DNA of 63,910 nucleotides, filler included, from Platydemus manokwari (Eukaryota): NCBI GenBank assembly GCA_037951405.1. It is 6 parts of 6 records of this genome, joined end to end, with 100 filler letters (N's around TTAATTAATTAA, not from the genome) between each part and the next. Parts side by side here need not be neighbours in the genome. Positions count along the whole stretch, not along the records: positions 8,830 to 18,277 come from JBBMOY011248652.1; positions 18,378 to 28,316 come from JBBMOY011186877.1; 4 more parts are not named here. One strand, 5' to 3'. Shown piece by piece: positions 14,186 to 27,300 of this stretch (position 1 is its first letter; each line of letters starts with the position of its first letter). The notes under the pieces were generated by a model. It saw only the letters and a program-made list of their open reading frames with translations, ran no database searches and was not told where the DNA came from. The position numbers and the translations under genes were made by a program.

Positions 14186-16851
14186 TAAATTTTGGGTGAT
14201 TACTTTGTGTTACGTCTTTGACAGAGGAGAGATTTCATTTTTTTAATAAAGCTTGGAAAGAAATTGTGAAGAACTTCACAAGTCGGTTTTGCCTTTCAAT
14301 AATAATTCATTTATTAAAGTAGTTCACTCGAACGAGAATTGTGTAGAATATTACAAAATTTTTCACAGTTTCCAAACGAGAAGAAATAAAATTAATTTGG
14401 ATAAGCTACAACAATGAGCAAGATTTGATAATTTTGTTTAGAAAAGATAATGCTAATAGATCTGGATTAGTGGTCGATAATACTAGAAAAATAACATTGA
14501 CTGTGCATTTATTAAAATTCGATATGAGTAGCACTATTTTGTGAATGTATTTTATCAATGTGTTTGATGTCATCTATTTGTTGTTGATAATTAAAACAAA
14601 CAAAGCAATTGCATTTATTGATGTAAGTTTTAAGGGAAAAAAATTTGTGGGAAATTTTATTTGTATTATAATAAACAATTCCAGAGAAATTTAGCGATAT
14701 TAAAATAATAAATCAAATAATCAAGTAATAAAACCTAAAATATTATATTTGAATATATCCCTTCACATAAGAAATTGGAAAAAAATAAGAAATCCAAACG
14801 TTTAAAAACACAACATCAATAAAATTAAAATAACCAGCCTATATAAATTCCTTAATTTATTAGAAAGAGAAAAATAATTCCTTATTATTCAGAGTATTTC
14901 TTTCCTGAATTAACACTATAATGTGCCTATTCCTATATGCCCAGTATTTATTGTAAGTTACAAAGCACGTTTCATTTTATAAGACCCTATTTAAAAATCA
15001 ATTTCATGCTTTATATAAAACCCTCTTGTAAACTGATACTACTTTTATGAATGGCTGTATCGCAAATTTTAACTGGTATTTATAGAGGAATTTATCGGCG
15101 TGCTCAAAACAATGTATTTTATTGTAATTTTATTTTCCTTTTCACTTTTCGCATTATTCCCGCGTATTTTATAAATATTTCCAGTTTTGAAGGCAAATAG
15201 ATCCACCTTCACGAATCAGTAAAGTCTTATTAAGCAAGAAAAAGATCTGTGATTCTAGATTATTTTTATCAACGAAGTGAGGAGAAAGAAAATATTGAAA
15301 TGACAATACACTAAAGTAATTCAAGGAAATGTACTGCCGTAGATTCGATAATGGTTTTAGTGAGATGATTTAAGAAATTATTGAAGATAAGAAAATTAGT
15401 TAATGAATTGCTTATAATTAATATGGAGTATGTAGTAACATATTTGAATGATATTAATACTGATAAATGATAGCCTGAGAACTATCACTGAGAAATGTTA
15501 AAGAGAATAAATGATGAGGCCCAGGTTATTGCCAACATGATTTTGTAACCACATTAAAAATATATGTAATTGCATTATATGCTACTTCAACAATTACGTA
15601 GAAAAAAAGTGCAATTTAAAATAATTCATTTGATAATTTTTAATGTTCTAATCCTCGAGAGTAAACCATTTTGTTTACGACTTCAGTGATTAGATAAATT
15701 CAAATTGACCGACTTCATTTAATTTAGTCATATTCAGGCCATTCTCCCAAAATATTAGGCTTGCAGAATTTGCAATCTTTCAGTGGCATAAATTTTCGGT
15801 GGTACAGTGATCGATCTGAGTGTTACATTAGGAAAGATAAAATCAACTGTTAATAAATAAGCCAGCAAATATAACGGCGGTGTATTACCCCGGAAAAATA
15901 TTAACACTTGCGCACAGCTGAAATAGAAACGATTGAAATTTTCATCAATCCAAGATCTGCGAGAATTATTCTAATGACATCACCTTACTCCAAGGTGCTC
16001 AACTGGATCTATGGCTGTTCAACAGCGTATTATAATTCTCTCTTTGGATTATTCATCCTTTTCTTCTAAAAGTAATTTATTTATGGTCCTTGACGATAAA
16101 TTATTCCAGTAAAAACCTGATTTACACTTAATATCACATGAGTTAATCAAATAATAAAATAGTTAATTGTTACACATACAAAATAGGATTAGCATCTTAA
16201 GCACTATCCCTTTTTGTGGCCTCCAAAGCTTTGTAACATAAGAAATTTGAACAAAGTATTTAATTCAATTTATCTTCTATTTCATAGACATATAAAGCAA
16301 AATTCTCGGAAGTGATGGATAGAAATCAAAAACGATAATAAAGTTAGGAAGAGAGTTATCAATTTGAGGTTGAGGATTGAGGAAAATTGAAATGAAGTTA
16401 AATAATTATAATAAAGTAAATATGAATATTAATAATTATTATATTTATGAAAAGGAAAATCATTATGGAATAATTTATTCCATCACACAATCAGTAAACA
16501 ACATATAGTTATAAATGGTATACATATATGAAAAATTTATCCAAATTCATATCTATAAATAGATGGTCTAATTCAGTTAAAATCTTCCTATTAAAATTAG
16601 TAATAAACTTAAAGTTAACCAATAAGGATTACATTCAATAATAAATGGTATGATATTTATCGATTTTGATTAAATAAGTTTTGCGTATTAAAACCAAAAA
16701 AATTAAATACTGATATTTTCTCAACTTGATGCAGAAAATACAAATGAAATATTCACTAAATCTTCATTCTCGTACATCATTTACTGAAATTTCCTGCCAA
16801 TATTCCTATTTAATTTTGAGAATTTATGCACTCGTTCCTTTTGTAATTTGA

Positions 16852-17913
16852 ATGTTGCAGAAATACAAGGATATCGTTACTGGCTATTTCAGGAGTCGAG
16901 AATACTTTAATCAGTACACCTATTCATTCCCATGTGCCAAGGTACGATCAAAATTATTTAACTTAACTGCCGATGATGTTTTTCATTGTAATATTAATGA
17001 ATTTATTTCCTTTATGATTGGTTATTTCAACACAGTCATAGCGATAATTGGATTTGGAGTAAATGGCTTAGTGATTTATCAACTCTGCAAAATGCGTTAT
17101 TATACCAAACACAAAGTGTACATGATAGCCTTAGCTGTTTCGGATATATTGACAAATATTGTTTGTATTTCGCTGTATTATTTTCCCAGTATCGCACTCC
17201 CTGTGATATCAGAAGGCAAGTATTTTTGGACTTTGCTATCAGGAAATGAATTTAATTGTAAATTATCACTTGTAATAATTTATTTTTGGAACCAGATGTC
17301 ATTATTAGTTTTATTAATTTGTGGAATCGATCGTTGTTTAGCGATCAAAATGCCACTTCGCGATCGATTGTGGGGAGTAAAAGTATCAATAATTATGATT
17401 TTTACTTCAATCGTATTGAACGTGATTTGTTCAGTTCCACATTGGCTTGCATGTAAAAGAGAGTATATAATTCTTATTGGTAAATTTGCATGTCATCCAA
17501 ATGGGGATCCTTATTTAATAAAAATGTATTACTATTATGTATTACTATTTCACCCTCTTGGTATCATTTGGATCATAATACATTTCATAATCAATCTTGT
17601 CTTAATACATGCTATTATAAGCCACTCAAAATATTCAAAAAAATTTACAAATAACCAACAAAATGAAAACAGAAACATTCGAACTTCTGAAATCAGATCT
17701 TGTATCGAAGTATTTACATTTTCGATCATATCATTCGTATTACTTACTGCATATGGATTTTTATCTTTTTTTTCAATGTACTTTCAAGATAATCCAATGC
17801 AAAAAATTTTAAATAAATGTAGTATCTTAGTGCTACTTATTTATATAAGTTCATTAAATATCAATTTCATTCCGATCTTGGTTAAATTTTATAAGAAAAA
17901 GTGGAATCTCTAA
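16852..17913 (+). CDS. Intronless rhodopsin-family (class A) orphan GPCR, 353 aa
   Basis: About 7 hydrophobic segments, TM1 Asn (GFGVNGL), TM2 LAVSD, Cys at the top of TM3, DRY-variant IDRC, an ECL2 Cys and TM7 NINFI. Confidence 0.85.
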   Translation: MLQKYKDIVTGYFRSREYFNQYTYSFPCAKVRSKLFNLTADDVFHCNINEFISFMIGYFNTVIAIIGFGVNGLVIYQLCKMRYYTKHKVYMIALAVSDILTNIVCISLYYFPSIALPVISEGKYFWTLLSGNEFNCKLSLVIIYFWNQMSLLVLLICGIDRCLAIKMPLRDRLWGVKVSIIMIFTSIVLNVICSVPHWLACKREYIILIGKFACHPNGDPYLIKMYYYYVLLFHPLGIIWIIIHFIINLVLIHAIISHSKYSKKFTNNQQNENRNIRTSEIRSCIEVFTFSIISFVLLTAYGFLSFFSMYFQDNPMQKILNKCSILVLLIYISSLNINFIPILVKFYKKKWNL

Positions 17914-18277
17914 ATAGATAAGCATATTTTATCTTATATGTATATAAAGAAAAAAATTATAATAATGTAAATTTTGTTCTTGATTTTTGTTTCCTTTTAT
18001 TTCATTTTTTATTTAGTTAGTGTCAATTGTAATTATTTTGTCGATAATACTGTGTTGCAATAAATACTGATATATTTACAGTTATTATTAATATATATTA
18101 TCTAAGATGAACTTCATTCTAGTAGTTGTCAGTTGTTGGAATTCCTGTTTGTTGTCACTTTCTTTCGACTATAGTTTTCATTAAAAGCTGTAATCACGTG
18201 TAGTCAAATAAAATCATCTATTATTTATTTCTTAAATTTTACAAAGTTGATGATATAAATAAATCTTTACTTGAAAT

Positions 18278-18377
18278 NNNNNNNNNNNNNNNNNNNNNNN
18301 NNNNNNNNNNNNNNNNNNNNNTTAATTAATTAANNNNNNNNNNNNNNNNNNNNNNNNNNNNNNNNNNNNNNNNNNNN
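18278..18377. other. Assembly spacer
   Basis: N44-ttaattaattaa-N44. Confidence 0.98.
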
Positions 18378-18809
18378 GTGAACAAAAATATTAGTAATCC
18401 AAAAGAGATTATATAATAATAATAAAATAATTAATCCATTGAATAAATCGATGGGAAAACGTGATGGCAAATTTTTATTTACAATTTTGTCCGCGAACTT
18501 TATTTACAACCTAATAATTATAATTGTGTGTTGTGATGAAATTTTGTGTGACATTGGTATGTCTTGAAGATGTGATACACAGTGCTTACAACTAATGCCC
18601 CTCAACACTGCCCGAAAAGAAGGTCCGAGAAGGAGTAAATTAAAATGAAGTCAAATGTTCCATGAGAGCTTTGACGAGGTTAAGAATCGAATAATAATTT
18701 CCTTTTGGACATTAATATGATATAATTTATAAAATTAAAATTACCCATAGCTTTGTTCCCGGGAATAGCTGTTGAGAATTTTCCATTTGAAATTTATGAA
18801 AGAATTTTT

Positions 18810-19720
18810 GTGAAATTTGTTGTTGTTGGGCGTTAGTTTTTGAGCTTTTCTAATGTTTTATTTAGTGCCCTTATTTGAACTTTGATTGGCTATTATTAGT
18901 TACCGTTATATTTATTTTTTATCATGGGTTGCGTTGGTCAGTCCTTATGTATATGTTGTTGTGTAGTCAAGTCTTTTATCGATTTAGAATCTTTGATTTA
19001 TATACGCCCTCATAGTCTGGTTACCATAAATGAATAACTGTGTAAGCATGCATAAAAGATGTTAAAATTGTTGGGTCTATCTGTCGTAGAAAGCAAAAAA
19101 TGCTCGTATTTATCTATCTGACTCCAAAAGATAGATGTTGTCACTATATTTATTATTAACACAAAAATATACCCAAGGGTGCAACCCTTAAATATGGAAT
19201 CAGTCAAATACGTATGTAGTTCATGCACAAAATTGGGCCACCAGTCTAGGAGCTACGCCTGGAGTATACTACTTACTACCTTGGGTGACAACAGTCACGG
19301 ACGCGCTACTGCACTATTTGCTTGACTGATATTCGGGAATAGCGTCCTTGAATATCCAACTGTATTCTTATACTTCTAATCCAAATATTCGTGAAGAACA
19401 TTTCCTCGGATGTTCACTGAAATAATAACCAATAGCAATTCTGGTTCATTTACTATCTGGCGAAAATTATGGAAGTCGGCTACTGAATGCATTCATCTTT
19501 ATACTGCAGCCCTGTGCAGTAAACTAATTAACCACTGCCTCGTGACGATTAACCACCAATTCCATGAATTGATGATTTTCTATCCTGAAATCGGTCGAAA
19601 CCACTATCTTCCAGTCAAGCCAAAGTGCGTTTTCTCACCAACTTCATTAGTTGGTGCTTTGATCCTGACAATATACTAAATTCATGAAAATTTTCGATCT
19701 CGGAAATTGGTTTCTATATT
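18810..19720 (+). mobile_element. Possible LTR-retrotransposon relic
   Basis: Higher GC than flanks and a degenerate zinc knuckle VCSSCTKLGHQSRS at about 19210-19252. No intact ORF. Confidence 0.3.
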
Positions 19721-21384
19721 TAATTAAATAATTCAGTTAAATAAACTGAATTATCTAATAATTAATTTTATTATTTATTTTTAATATTATTTTGTTTAAA
19801 TGTTTATATTTAGGAAAAATAATTTTATTTTAACAACTACTATCCTATTTTATTTAATTTATATATTTACACATTAGATCATTCCAATCCAAACTCGTTT
19901 CGTCTTTTTAAAATCAATTAATTTTGTTATTTCTTTTTATTAATTATATTTATTCGGTGGGCTCTTCAAAATCATGATTTTGAGTGGCATTCATTTTCAC
20001 TCAATATATTCTTCAAATTAAGCAATAAATGCCAATTAATTTTAGCGTTATTATTACTTAGATTTCTCACAAGTTTCGTGCTTAATTTATTGAAATATTA
20101 GACAATTCTTTAATTTTAGAGCAGCTGATAAAATCAAATCCAAACGTAATTATACAAATCTAAAGTTATAATTTCTCCTTTGTGTTATTTTATATTTTTG
20201 ATAAAATATATGCAGTCCAAATGTGTAAATCGACAATTACAAAAGCCCACTAGCATTTAAACAATGGAACCATTAAAAAAGTGTTTGAGAATTCCCAATT
20301 GAAAAAAAATTCTGAGGAATCTTGTATTGACAATGATGCAGTTAACACATCATTCATTCCTCAAGAACAAGAAAATTGTTTCTTAAAATCGTATCTTAAC
20401 CGCGTTTCTCCCAAATCAACGATTGTAATTACACTCATCAATATTTATCACAATGACGCGGAAGTTGAATAACGATTTAATATTAAAAATAAGTAGAACA
20501 TTTGGTTTGATATTTTATGTTATGCGTTAATGTATTCTAACGTTAATTAGTGGAATTCTTAGGAATTAGCAATTACTGTGGATGTTTGATTCTGTAAATA
20601 TCCCTCGGGTAATGATAGAATAAATCGATTTGAATCAAAATTTTAGTGTTATGTATAGATCGTTAAAAGAGGACAGAGAATATCAAAAAGATTTTCTATT
20701 ATCAAGATTAATTAACACGTGCTAACCAAATTTCCATGGATAAAGTGGCTTTGTCAGCTGGTATATAAGAAGAAAATGCAGAAATAAATCATGGGACTAG
20801 AAATATCATAGCAGCAGTAATACAACGAATTTTGGTTGCTCAAATGAAATTTGAATTGCATAAATAAAATGTGTATAATTTAGTACCTCAAGATGGAGAC
20901 AATCAAGCGTGCTGCTTATGTAGCAGGGTATCTCTTATATAAACCAAATAAAAATTAAAATGTAACTTATTATTTTTTTAGTAATTTTTATTTTGCATTT
21001 CTTTAAATATGTATCTCGTTATTTATAATATTAATTATATATTTTTAAACGCCTTTAAGTGTATCTCACAAATTATTGGCGGTAATGTTTTCTACTCCTC
21101 TGGGTTGCATAGTGCATAAAATTCTGTATTTAACATATCACTATTGGATTAAAATGTAAAATAATTCAATGTGATTATCATTTACATTTTGGCTGAGTCC
21201 AGTTCGATAAATACATTTTTATTTAATAATAATAAATTTTAATAAATATTATTAATAAATATATCATTATTTATTTATTTATTGTTTTATTGATACGTAT
21301 TAATTTATATTATCAATCTCCATTCAATCAATATTTCTTTTAGAATCAAATCCAAAGTTAAACCTTTATTAGCAACCACATAAT

Positions 21385-21672
21385 TTAACTACGCAATGGA
21401 ATGTAGGTATAAAAACATTCGTAGTTGCATATTTTATTTGCGTCGAAACAGTTAAAGATACAAAATCCGTCTGTCGGATTAGTCTCACATTTTCTGAAAC
21501 ATACTCTGATTTTCTTTGTATAATTTTGTTGGCAATTTTCATCCTTTCGAGTATTAAAGTTAAATTTTCCATAGCAGGACACAAATTTATTACCACACCA
21601 TCCTATACACGATAGATCTCTTTGTTCACATTTAACGATGAGAATCGTTATTAATATCAGATAGATTTTCAT
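21385..21672 (-). CDS. Small secreted cysteine-rich protein, 95 aa
   Basis: Signal-like MKIYLILITILIVKC, then 10 Cys including four CxxxC motifs. An upstream in-frame ATG lies at 21714. Confidence 0.7.
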   Translation of the reverse strand: MKIYLILITILIVKCEQRDLSCIGWCGNKFVSCYGKFNFNTRKDENCQQNYTKKIRVCFRKCETNPTDGFCIFNCFDANKICNYECFYTYIPLRS

Positions 21673-22158
21673 TTGGTATTGATTTTCTCTTGAAGATGTG
21701 TCTTTGGAAATCATTTCTTATAAAAAAGATAGGAGAATATTCAATAGAACGAGATAAAAATGTAAATTTGAATATTATCGAAATTAAACTGACTAAGAAA
21801 TTGTTTAGTTATTATTTCGTTAATATAATCTTGTTTAGGTGTTTCTTGGAGAAATTTTGATTAGCGATTAAAAATACATTTGCTCGATAATTTTGAGAGA
21901 AATCAATTTCAAATTCCAAGTATGAAAGTTTATATCCGTTTGTTTTAATTGTGTTTAAAAATTTCAGATTTTCCTCGTTGATTTATACCAATACATTAGC
22001 TGTTGCCTTATTTAAAAGACTGCATAATCAATAATTCATTAAATGTTTATTGATTTCTTATCATTTATCTTGAAATTAAATTCAGAAAACATTTATATAA
22101 CATCTTTTGAAATTAAAAGCTTTAAACAAATTGATAGAATTATTAAAATCAAATTTTT

Positions 22159-23326
22159 GGCCAAAATTAAAGAAAGGGTCCTAAAATAGAATTTTTAATT
22201 TATGGAGTGTATTAAAAAAATCTATATAGTTGATATTATTAAATTCTTTAAAAAAATATTTTGACTTTTGTATTTAAGTGCTTGAGAGAAATTTTAATTT
22301 AGAATCAAATAATATATACACAGGAGTCTTCAAATCTACTAAAAATAAATTATTTGAAAGACGGGTCAAAGTAGGTCAAAATGCAGATAGTTGAAAATTA
22401 GCGAGGACCCCTTTTGTAACATTAGAAGCAAAAAACAATATCTAAGATTTGTAGACTTGTTTTATAAAAAAAGTGATTTGTTAATCACTGAGTAATGCCA
22501 AAAATTAGGTACTTGTGTTTTCTCTCAAAATAAGTATATCAATGTCTATTTAATAAATTGAATACATAGATCCAAAACCTGTCGATACTGTAATGTACTG
22601 AAGATTTCATCCAAATCAAATAAATATGATAGATGGTGATGCCACAAATATATAAGAAGTTTCGGAATTCTAATAAAAACTTGGTTCAACATTTCAGCCT
22701 TGTCCCTTTTCGACATTCTGAATAAGGTGTTTTTAGTTCAAGCGACTCACGCGCAAAGTGTGTTAGCAAAATGACTTCCATGAGCAAACCAACAATCAAA
22801 AAATATTGACAATTTTTATTAAAATAAAACTAAGAATTAAAAATTTATTAAGGCACAAAATTTGTAGATTTCACGCTCATGAATAAATAGCTTGGCATAG
22901 AAAAATAATTGGAGGCCGAAATATGGTCGTAGAAACGGATGCTAGCTATTTTGGATAAAGCCAAATATAATAGCGGAGGTCGAAGACATTGCATTTGAGT
23001 TGTTGAAAGACTGGAGACATATAGTAAAAAAGAATTGCTTCTTATTCCTAGTCAGCAACCGAAGCGCATCGACTCTAAAAACAATAAACACAAGTTAATT
23101 AGAAATTTTATATTTAAAATGATACTTTTATTTAATTGTATGTTCCTGAAACCATGATCAATAATATATAAGGATTTTTGGAGTTGTTTTCATCTAAAAT
23201 TGAATTTATGTAAAATTCCAAAAAATTTGATTACAAATAAATTTTAATATTAAACGAAAAATAATACTCACGGAAAATCATTACATTAAAATTGGCTCAA
23301 AGAACCATTTTTTCTTACCTTAAGTC
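22159..23326 (+). mobile_element. Merlin (IS1595/ISXO2-like) DNA transposon, internally deleted copy 1
   Basis: TIR-like ends ggccaaaattaaagaaagggtcc ... gaaccattttttcttaccttaagtc. Decayed IIGGRNMVVETD...AKYNSG transposase remnant. Confidence 0.8.
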
Positions 23327-23334
23327 AATTTTTT

Positions 23335-24820
23335 GACTAAAGTTAAAAAATAGGGACCTAAAACAAAATTTAAAATTGTGGAGTGTATTGCAAAAAGCTT
23401 TATAGATTATTTAATTTAATTCTTTAATAACATTTTGAATTTCTTATTTAAGAAATTGAGTAAAATTTTAGTTATTTAGAATCAAATAATACATGCACAA
23501 GATTTTTCAAATCCACTAAAAATTAATTATTTTTAAAATCTATCAAAGTAGGTCAAAATGCAATTTTTTTAAAATTAACGAGGACATTTTTGTAACACTA
23601 GAAGCAAATAGAAAGATACCCGATCTTTGGAAATATTTTACAAAAAAAGCGATAAGGAAATAATTGAAAGATGCCAAGAATTAGGCAAATATATTTAAAT
23701 GCAATATAAGTGAAAAAAATAATTATTTAATAGATTGGATACATTGATCCAGAATATGTCAATGTTGCAATCCAATGAAGATTACATCAAAATCAAGAAA
23801 AAATTATATTTGGAGATGCCACAAATGCAAAAAAGTATTGGAATTCGAATAGAGACTTGGTTCAACAATTCGGCTTTGTCCCTTTTCGACATTCTCAATA
23901 TAAGTTATTTGTGGTGCACAGGAGCCTCATAAAAAGTTTGTTCTGAAATTACCTCCGTCAGTAAGCCAGCGGTTACAGAATGGTAATAATTTTTCATAAA
24001 ATAAAACTTTAAGACTTTAATAAAATTTATTCAGGTACAAAAGTTGTCGATACCACGCTTACGAACAAATAGCGTGGAACAGAAAAATTATCGGAGGTCG
24101 AAATGTAATTGTTGAAATCGATGAGGCCTATTTTTGACGGGCCAAATATTATCGAGAGCGTCGAAGGCCAGGAATTTGGATCATTGGAGGACTGGAAAGA
24201 TTCAAAAAAAGGAATTGCTTCCTATTTCCAGTCCGCAACCGAAGCGCTGCAACCCTAGAATCGATAATCATACAGGAATATAATATTTGCAGAAATACTA
24301 TATTTACCAAACAGTTATTTAATTGTAGGTGGGTGAAACCGGAATTCATTATCTACACGGATTGTTGGAGATTGTACAGCGGTCTTCAAAGTCTCGGTTA
24401 ATAACTCGAAGTGCTTTGTAAATCAAGATAACCGAGATGTTTACACCCATAATATAGAAGCACGGTGGAAGGTGCTGTCCCAGAAGTGGATCCAAAAGGA
24501 AATTTGTGTTGCATATATTTATGCAAAATTATGGAGGCAACAATTTGAATGTGGCGATGCCTTCAATACTATGACATATTTTCTGCAGTCAACTTTAAAT
24601 TGTAGCTGCAGTTTTGCTAATAGAATTTAGGTGTTTTTTCTATGTGATCTAAAATTGAATTTTTCTATAAATTATGATTAAAATTAATTTTTATGTTAAA
24701 TGAAATTTTAAAGCTAAATTTCCTTCAATTATGATTACAAATAAATTCTAATACCAAATAACTCACGAAAAGCCATTAATTTAAAATTGGGTCAAAGGAC
24801 CCTTTTTCTTAACTTAAGCC
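23335..24820 (+). mobile_element. Merlin DNA transposon copy 2 with pseudogenised, intron-containing transposase
   Basis: Translation IIGGRNVIVEIDEAYF*RAKYYRERRRPGIWIIGGLER...FPVRNRSAATL, then IYTDCWRLY and YTHNIEARW, which are ISXO2-type DDE motifs. TIRs gactaaagttaaaaaatagggacc / ggaccctttttcttaacttaagcc. GT-AG intron at 23983-24034. Confidence 0.9.
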
Positions 24821-25949
24821 CTAATTTTATATAAAATCATATTTATATAAAACTAAATTTATTTGTTAGATAATTGATGTTTTGACTTTTCATTTCGTTT
24901 TTAATGTGTGGTTCTTAAAATATTAACTGCTAAATATATGATAATTAATTTAATTAAGTTGAATAATGTATTTTGATAAACATTTAAAAAATTCCAGATA
25001 AAATATTCATTTCCATAATCTTGAATAATTGACATGTTAATATATTAACGTTATAATTATCGTGTTGACCAATAAAATCACCAAGTAATTGCATATTAAC
25101 TACTCCACCATGCAATTATTATCATAATCTAAATTTAAATGAAATCCGAAATTATTCGAGAATTTTAATAAAATTGTTTTTATTAGAATTTGATTGGATA
25201 AAACTTTTATTACTGGTAAATTATTAATAAATCCGAAAATTTTGAGATGAACCGATCAAATTGTATTTCTTGAATAATAAAATACTTGAATAATAAATTA
25301 TTCCTCAGACAAATCAATTAGTCAGTTTCGTCGAGGAAAGTTAATTTCAATTTTACAATAGGATTATTAAATCCAAAACATTTACAAATATAAATTTTAT
25401 ATAGCCATATATAAAAAATTGGTCAAATAAAATTAGTCTGTGTCTTCAAAAGAAGAACAGGATTATAAAAGTCTGATTATTTTACCGAATGAATTTATTA
25501 TTTCAATATTATTTAACTATGTACATTAATATTTATAAAGATAAATTCATTTTAAAATATGAGTTATAAATTCTATGGAGGTATTAATTATAACAAATAG
25601 TTAGCATAATTTAGTTGGAAAATTGTGTTTAAAAAACTGTGTTTTAATTTTAAATTTCCAACATGAAAAAGTAATCCATTGGCATGTCGGATTCATCTTC
25701 ATTCTTGCTTATCAATATTGTGATTTCATGATTTGGTAATTTGGTGCATTTGAACACTGAGCGAAATCACTTTATTTCAGAGTGACCACATGTAATTACA
25801 AAATGATTCAAATTCAACCAGACTTAACAGTTTTTTTGGCTATTTTTATCGGTCTAAAGCTTTAGGTGACTGTGTTAATAATTGCCTTAATTCATTATTA
25901 AATAAATAATAAAAAATTAATATAAAAGTGGTTTTGTTTCATGACTCAG

Positions 25950-27300
25950 TGGAGAAATCAGGTCGACTAAGAAAATTTGGCTATTTTGGGTTGATATTTT
26001 AGATATAGTAGAGCTGTCAATGTGAAAATTGAATATCTGAAGGTTTGAAAGCCGGTGATCTATGGGATCATATTTACCTGCTAATTTTTCTTCAAGAGGA
26101 TCACGATATCAGAAAATTTTGCTGAGATCACAGTGTGAATAAATCCATTGTTGATGTCTGGTCCATGTATTTTGCCAATAAGATACTAAGGAAAAGTCTG
26201 TTGAATGATTATATAGAGCTTGAGTTAGTTACAATGCTTGTATTCTTAGTTTATGAAAGAGAAGAAGAGAAGTGAATTTTTTAATTTAAGATTCGGTAGT
26301 TAAGTTAATTATTATTTATATTATTTTTTATCTAAAGATATTTAAAATTAAAGGAAGTTAAAGTTTGATGAATTAGATAGGTGGTTATTAGTTATGATTA
26401 TTGATTATTTGTTTAATCTTAAATGGAATCAGGTGATGAAATCGATCATTTTATTTTAATGTGTTATGAATATGCTGTGTCAACAGTAGCTTCATTGAGA
26501 TGAATATTTGGATGAAGTTGAATATTACTGCTTCTTGGGTAATTTAATATTTAGTAAATGATGGTGATTTATGGTGATCGATTATATTTTTAAGTGATTT
26601 TTTAAAGTAGATTTACGAGATTGATTAGATGAATTATTAATTTTAATGAAATGATGTTAATTGCAATTCTGTATTATTTTTGTTGGATGGTGCCAATGTT
26701 TTAAAGTCTGTCAGTATGGGAAGGTAAGTTGAGTGGGCGTCTTTTAATAGTACATTAATGAGAATGTTCTAGATAAAGTTGATATGTTTTTAGGTAATCC
26801 TATAGGTCCCAGTAATTTATCAGAGTATCATAATACATCAATATTAAGGATGTCACGATGGATTTCATATCGAGTGGTTTTACGTATTTCGGAAGAAGTC
26901 GACCTATATTTTTCAAAGTTAAGAGTGCGGTGATCAGCAAAGTTTTATACCGTTTCGTAGAGAATTTTTAAGATTTGTTTCTTATAATGAGACAAGGTCA
27001 GAGTTGGTGGTATTTGTGGAACTTAAATAGTTAATGCCAGCATCAATTCCAGGATATTGTAAATAGTTCCCGCGAAGATCGAGACTTACCCGGGGTAACA
27101 GAATATGAGAGAATGTATGAGTAGCGGCTTCATTTCCAGTTTTGCGGCGTCTACAGAGTAAATATTCTTATGTGATATGGGGAGTAGTTAATTCTAACAA
27201 TATTATTACGAAACTTTGAATGAAAATCTATACTTCAAGTGAGAGGTGGATATTTTTCAGCAATGTCTGTGATCTATAAGATAGAGCTTAACAGTGAACA
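25950..27300 (-). mobile_element. Probable non-LTR retrotransposon (LINE) relic
   Basis: Minus-strand fragments GKIHGPDIN (resembles KAPGPDG), IP*ITGF and STYLPI in the order expected for endonuclease-RT. Heavily decayed. Confidence 0.3.
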
